64,000 bases of DNA from Basidiobolus meristosporus CBS 931.73. Lineage: Eukaryota > Fungi > Basidiobolomycota. Below the pieces are notes generated by a model. The model did no database searches, was not told the DNA's origin, and saw only the letters and a program-made list of their open reading frames with translations. Shown one piece after another: positions 61,498 to 64,000 of the stretch. The translations under genes and the position numbers were made by a program. The stretch lies in the NCBI GenBank assembly GCA_002104905.1, contig MCFE01000278.1:1-64000 (forward strand), given 5' to 3'. Positions within the stretch are counted from its first letter, which is position 1, and every line of letters starts with the position of its first letter.

Positions 61498-64000
61498 TGT
61501 TACAAGTCTTGGTATAAGAGTTGTAGAGGAATAGGGAGTTTAGCTAGTATTGTATTCACTAAAACTTGAACTGATTTTTATTGAGGTTCCAGCAGCTCCT
61601 TATATACATTTTGCCAGATCAATTGCTTACTAATTGTATTTCCTAATGTAGGCTGTGGCTGATGACTCATTTGATTGCATCATCATCACCCAATAAGATC
61701 CTACTTAATATATCTATTTCTGTCTGATAAGGATCTGTTGATTCATTTGCTGACTAATGCTACTGATTTCATAGATAATACTGATATACTGATAACCTAA
61801 GTATATACTAATTGATTTGACTAAAAACTGATCTAACTTAAACATTCAAGCAGCAGATCATAACATTCTCCCCTACTAAAGTTGAGAGGGTTCTCCTGAA
61901 TCTCTTTTCTTGTGCTACCAATATCTTGATGGTTCAGTATTATCAGCAAGTCTTGCAAGCTTGAGTCTGTCTCTATGCACTAAGTCTTCCCGGATACTGC
62001 CTTGTTTGTCCACCAGTTGGTAAGTTGCAAATGGACATTCTCTGATGATCTTGAATGGTCCTGTCCAATGTGGCTCAAACTTCTTCCAAGTGTTGCTTCT
62101 TAGCAATACAAAGTTCCCAACTGTCAATGCTTCTGGTGCTATAGTCTTATCAAATCTCTGCTTCATCTTTTCTGCACTTTGAGATACTTTGGTCTGTGCC
62201 TCTTGATGTCTTTGTTCCAGTTGCTGGTGTCTACTTGGCTGACTAAGCTCATCTTCTAAGGCATCTGTAAGCTTGGGTTGTGTGAGATCTCCTGGAATCC
62301 TTGGTTCACATCCATACACTAAGTAAAATGGTGATTGCTGGATGGGGTTGTGTACTCTGACTCTGCATGCAAAGAGTGCTTGGTCTATGTACTCATCCCA
62401 TCTATTGACAACTCCATTTGCATACTTGGTCAGCATTTTTCCAAATAATCCATTAAACCACTCAGTGACTCCATTAGTTCTGGGGTGATATGCTGAGGTT
62501 TTCAAGTGTCTGATCTGCTGCATTTTCAGGTAAGCCTCTAATGTCTTTGCCATAAAGTTTGCTCCTCTATCAGATAAGATCTCCACAGGGCATCCAAACT
62601 TCATCAGGATCTCATGGTAAATGAAACTTGCAACTTCTTGTTCACTGGCTATTGGTACCACTTTAGCAACTGGCCATTTAGTGGCATGGTCAGTTGCTAC
62701 TAGGACCCAACGGTTGCATTTCCTGGTGGTTGGCAGTCTCCCAATAAAGTCAATTCCCCATCTCTCAAATGGTCTTACAGGCTCCAAAGGGAAGAGTTTG
62801 GCAATTCTTTGTGGCTGGCCTTGATTGGTTTGGCAGTTTGGGCATGTTTTTACTAGCTTCTCAATGTCATGTTTCATTCTGGGCTAACATGCTCTGGCTT
62901 TCACAAGGCTATAGGTTCCTTCAATTCCAAGATGTCCATATCCATTGTGTAGCTTATGTATTAAATCCAGGCAATAAACATAAGGGCAATAGGCAATAGG
63001 GCTTCCATCAACAATTTGGTAGAGTGTTTCATCCTGTACTACAAATTTGCTGGCTTCATCACGGATTATCTTCTTGATATCTTCATCCACCTCATTAGGA
63101 ATGGCTTGGTCCTCCAAGTACTTTGGTAATAGGCTAGGCCAATCTGATTCATGCACCAAGTTGAGTTGTGCAACTTGATCTAATCTTGATAAGGCATCAG
63201 CAACCGTGTTGTTTTTTCCAGGGCAGTAGACAATCTCCATGTCAAATTGCTGAATGTATTCACTCCTTCTTGTCATTCTTCTAGAGAGTACCTTCTGAGT
63301 AAATATATACTTGAGGGAGGCATGATCAGTCTTCACAGTGCATTTGACTCCTTCAATTTAGCATCCCCATGTCTTTAAACAGTGTATTATAGCAAGCATC
63401 TCCTTCTCTTACACTGAATAGTTTTGTTCTGCTGATTTCAGTTTCTTGGATTCAAAGGCAACAGGGTAGTCCTTTCCCTTGTGTTCTTGGCTCAGCATTC
63501 CACCAATTGCATAATCTGAAGCATCTGTGCACAGAGTGAACTCTTTTCTGAAGTCTGGTATTCTTAAGCTTGGCAGCTTAGCAAGTTCATTCTTGAGCAT
63601 CTGGAAGGCAGTCTCACAAGCTATGTCCCACTTGTAGGTATTGTCTTTCTTGAGGATATCAGTTAAAGGGGCCGCAATACTTGCAAATGACTTGACAAAT
63701 CTCCGATAATAGGAAACCATTTCAAGCAATGATCTGAGCTCTGATATGCTATGGGGCTGTTTCAGATTCTTGATTACTTCCACCTTCTTTGGGTCTAAGG
63801 TTACTCCTGTGCTAGTCACTATGTGTCCCAGGTATTCAATGTGCTCCTTGAAGAATTCACACTTGGCTAGCTTGCCATATAGCTTGTTCTCACTTAGTTT
63901 CATCAAGACCTTTTCAATGTACAGTACGTGATCCTCTTCTGTCTTGCTGTATATCAATATGTCATCCAGGTAGATTATCACAGACTTGTCTAAGTACTCC
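61498..64000 (-). mobile_element. Second G3 copy: 3' LTR (61498-61865), integrase, RNase H, RT end; runs off the window
   Basis: PPT AGTAGGGGAGAA; open 320-aa integrase (GIDFIG, ILSDRG, YHPRTNG), LCTDASD and YLDD. Confidence 0.93.

Noticed and set aside
17800-64000. Numerous 60-200 aa ORFs in the track
   Set aside because: They are fragments or antisense shadows of the decayed gag, pol, transposase and ORF2 genes already listed.

Overview
Eukaryotic, very probably fungal genomic DNA (inference from fungal-type Ty3/gypsy and CACTA elements and an intronless tRNA-Leu; species cannot be determined). The first ~17.5 kb is an accessory gene island. It holds a birth-and-death cluster of one small secreted-protein family: two intact genes (908-1453, 1806-2303) and about six pseudogenes or fragments, including an unannotated chimera at 16977-17279. 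It also holds a T-arm-less tRNA-Leu(CAG) with a Ty3/gypsy LTR starting 9 bp upstream, and one large intact, intronless, Cys-rich orphan ORF (14002-15990, 662 aa). The C-terminal half of that ORF carries class I terpene-cyclase-like motifs (HDxxDxxxD..E..N, WxxxxxRY) followed by a Cys cluster; this is the best candidate for something new. From ~17.8 kb to the end the window is almost entirely nested transposons: about five copies of a two-gene CACTA/EnSpm element with CCCT(A/G)TG termini, four Ty3/gypsy families (one Tf1-like chromovirus with a self-priming PBS), and a ~1.07-kb solo-LTR family. Most repeats show near-complete CpG loss (CGA>TGA stops, Arg>Cys/Trp/Gln), suggesting targeted CpG hypermutation. 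All assignments come from reading motifs by eye; no database search was run.
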